NCBI RefSeq assembly: GCF_009834535.1
Contig: NC_045697.1
Coordinates: 15,812,001 to 15,876,000 of the forward strand
Origin: Camelus ferus
Lineage: Eukaryota
DNA: 64,000 nucleotides
Direction of reading: 5' to 3'
Both the position numbers and the translations under genes were made by a program. A model generated the notes under the pieces. It had not been told where the DNA came from, did no database searches, and worked only from the letters and a program-made list of their open reading frames with translations. Positions 62,250 to 64,000 of the stretch are shown here, piece by piece; position 1 is the first letter of the stretch, and every line of letters starts with the position of its first letter.

Positions 62250-62682
62250 TGTAAGCAAACAATAGTCAGGCCATATATGACAGTGAAAGTCTGATCCAAA
62301 GGGAAGCCCGGGAAGCCAGACCACAAGCTCTGCAGCAGCTGGTCCAGAATAGTCAGAACGTGGCCAGAAACGGCCAGCTTCTCTGTTTTTCTGCTCCTCT
62401 GCCTCCTGCATTGAACTCAGGAACAACCAGAAAAAGCCAAGCATGCTCCCCAAACCAACTGCCTAGGATGCCCTGGTTCTAGTGAGCCCAACTCCGGCCT
62501 CCCTGTGCTAACAACAAGGTCAGAAGGTATCTGAGTCCTCCCCCTATTTTTTTATTATGAAGCTTTCCTTCTTCCCTGGCAGCCTTTGAGTATCTGCCAA
62601 ATGCAATTGATGATGGCCGGCTCCTTGCTACAGCAAATGCTGTCTAAACAGACCATTCGCCTCTGGGTGGCCTTTATTTCCA
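62250..62682 (+). mobile_element. Old ERV1-like LTR relic (subfamily uncertain)
   Basis: ggaagccagaccacaagctctgcagca...caaccagaaaaagccaag...ctccttgctacagcaa resembles the MER89/MER90/MER110 group. Confidence 0.45.
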
Positions 62683-62814
62683 TTCCTCCTTTGGTCTTTG
62701 GCACATTTGTTTCCCCTTTTTCTCTTGCTGGATCACTCCTCCTTGCCTCACTTTCTATTCTTCTTTTTGAGTATCAGCTTGGATGTCACACTTGTGACAA
62801 CAATAACTATAATA

Positions 62815-63065
62815 ATTATTATTAGAATGATCACTAACTATGCCAAGAACTGTTCTAAGCCCGTTTGATTTATCAACTCCTTAAACTCTCACAACAATTA
62901 TTGAAATAGGTTTCTGTTATTGTGCACAGTTTACAGGCAGGTAGAGATAATTCAGAGAGATGAAGTAACTTGCCCGAGGTCACTGAGCTAGTAGGGAAGG
63001 GGCTGGGATGGAACTTTGGCAGCCTGTTACCATAGTTCACTTTTGAAATTATTATGCTCCACTGC
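62815..63065 (-). mobile_element. MIR SINE
   Basis: actatgccaagaactgttctaagc...cagagagatgaagtaacttgcccgaggtcactgagctagta. Confidence 0.8.
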
Positions 63066-63599
63066 ATTCAGAATAGGTTTTCAATTGCCCTCAGTTTGGG
63101 ATGGGGACTTCTCATCATATATTTCAATAGCATTCTGTACTTTATCTTTACTAATAGTACTGTATTATAACTGTCTATGAGTTTATATGTAGTCCCTACT
63201 AAAATTTATGGTTCTTTTTAGGACAAAGACAGTGTTTATCTTATGTTTATAAGTCTGGCATATAGTGGCTTCTCTATAAATGTGTATTTGAGGACTGAAT
63301 ACTTTAGTGAATGAATGAAACACATGCAAAAGTCTGAATTATTACATTTAAAATGGGAGGATACTAAGTTTTAAAAAAAGAGATAAACAGACCCTACTCA
63401 TTTGCAAACTTTGAGTGCAACACAATTCTACGTATGCATTTATAATTACTTTTCAGGAAACAACCTGTCAAAACAAAACAGCTTCTCCTTGGCTTAAGTT
63501 TTCTATACTCTTAGACATAAAATCATATGAAGTACTAATGTCAGTCTCAGAATGTCTCTTCCAAGTTCAGAGTCATTTTTAGGTTGGACCCAACATCTT

Positions 63600-63829
63600 C
63601 TTTTCTTCTTCTTCTTTTTTTTTTTTCTACATTCGTATGTATGTTTTTTTTCAGATTCTTTCCCATTATATGTTATTACAATAAACTGAATATAGTTCCC
63701 TGTGCTATACAGCAGGTCCTTGTTTATCTATTTTATATATAGTAGTGTGTATCTGTTAATCCCAAACCCCTAATTTATCCCTCCCCACCCTTTCCCCTTT
63801 GGTAACCATAGTTTGTTTTTTATGTCCCA
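63600..63829 (-). mobile_element. Short L1 3'UTR insertion with 12-bp TSD
   Basis: TSD acccaacatctt at 63588-63599 and 63830-63841. Confidence 0.85.
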
Positions 63830-64000
63830 ACCCAACATCTTGGCATTGGTTTCTAAGGCAGAACATTGCCAACTTAGTAACATTCTTCTGAACCCTGCCA
63901 CATCCTAAAAACTCTCTCTCAAATGCAGTGCTGAGAGAGCCAGCTGAGAGCCAGGGGTGGCTGTATATTCCCAAGGACTGTGTCAGAATTTAGGCCAAAC

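Larger units (their letters stand above)
53615..64000 (+). other. GBA3: GBA3 intron 2 (GC donor; continues past the window end)
   Basis: GH1 similarity stops after FINQKG. The expected next exon (GIDYYNK-like) was not found in the remaining 10.4 kb. Confidence 0.8.

Overview
This is AT-rich, repeat-dense mammalian DNA, not prokaryotic sequence. The tRNA-Ala-derived SINEs resemble the camelid vic-1 family, so a camelid source (alpaca, llama or camel) is likely, though this is an inference. The window holds the 5' part of one gene on the + strand, GBA3 (cytosolic beta-glucosidase, glycoside hydrolase family 1). Coding exon 1 lies at 19339-19396 and exon 2 at 53387-53614, separated by a 33,990-bp intron; they splice in frame without stops. 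Exon 2 ends in a non-canonical GC donor, and exon 3 lies beyond the window. The rest is upstream or intronic sequence made of L1, L2, MIR, vic-1-like SINEs, solo LTRs (ERV1, ERVL, MaLR), hAT and Tigger DNA-transposon relics and microsatellites. Repeat subfamily names are recalled from consensus sequences, not searched, and the boundaries of old repeats are approximate. I found no convincing new biological system. The best oddities are the GC-AG intron, an internal L1 ORF2 fragment with its own 14-bp target-site duplication (TSD) but no tail, a poly(A)-only insertion, a SINE in the GBA3 proximal promoter, and a perfect 36-bp tandem duplication carrying forkhead and nuclear-receptor motifs.
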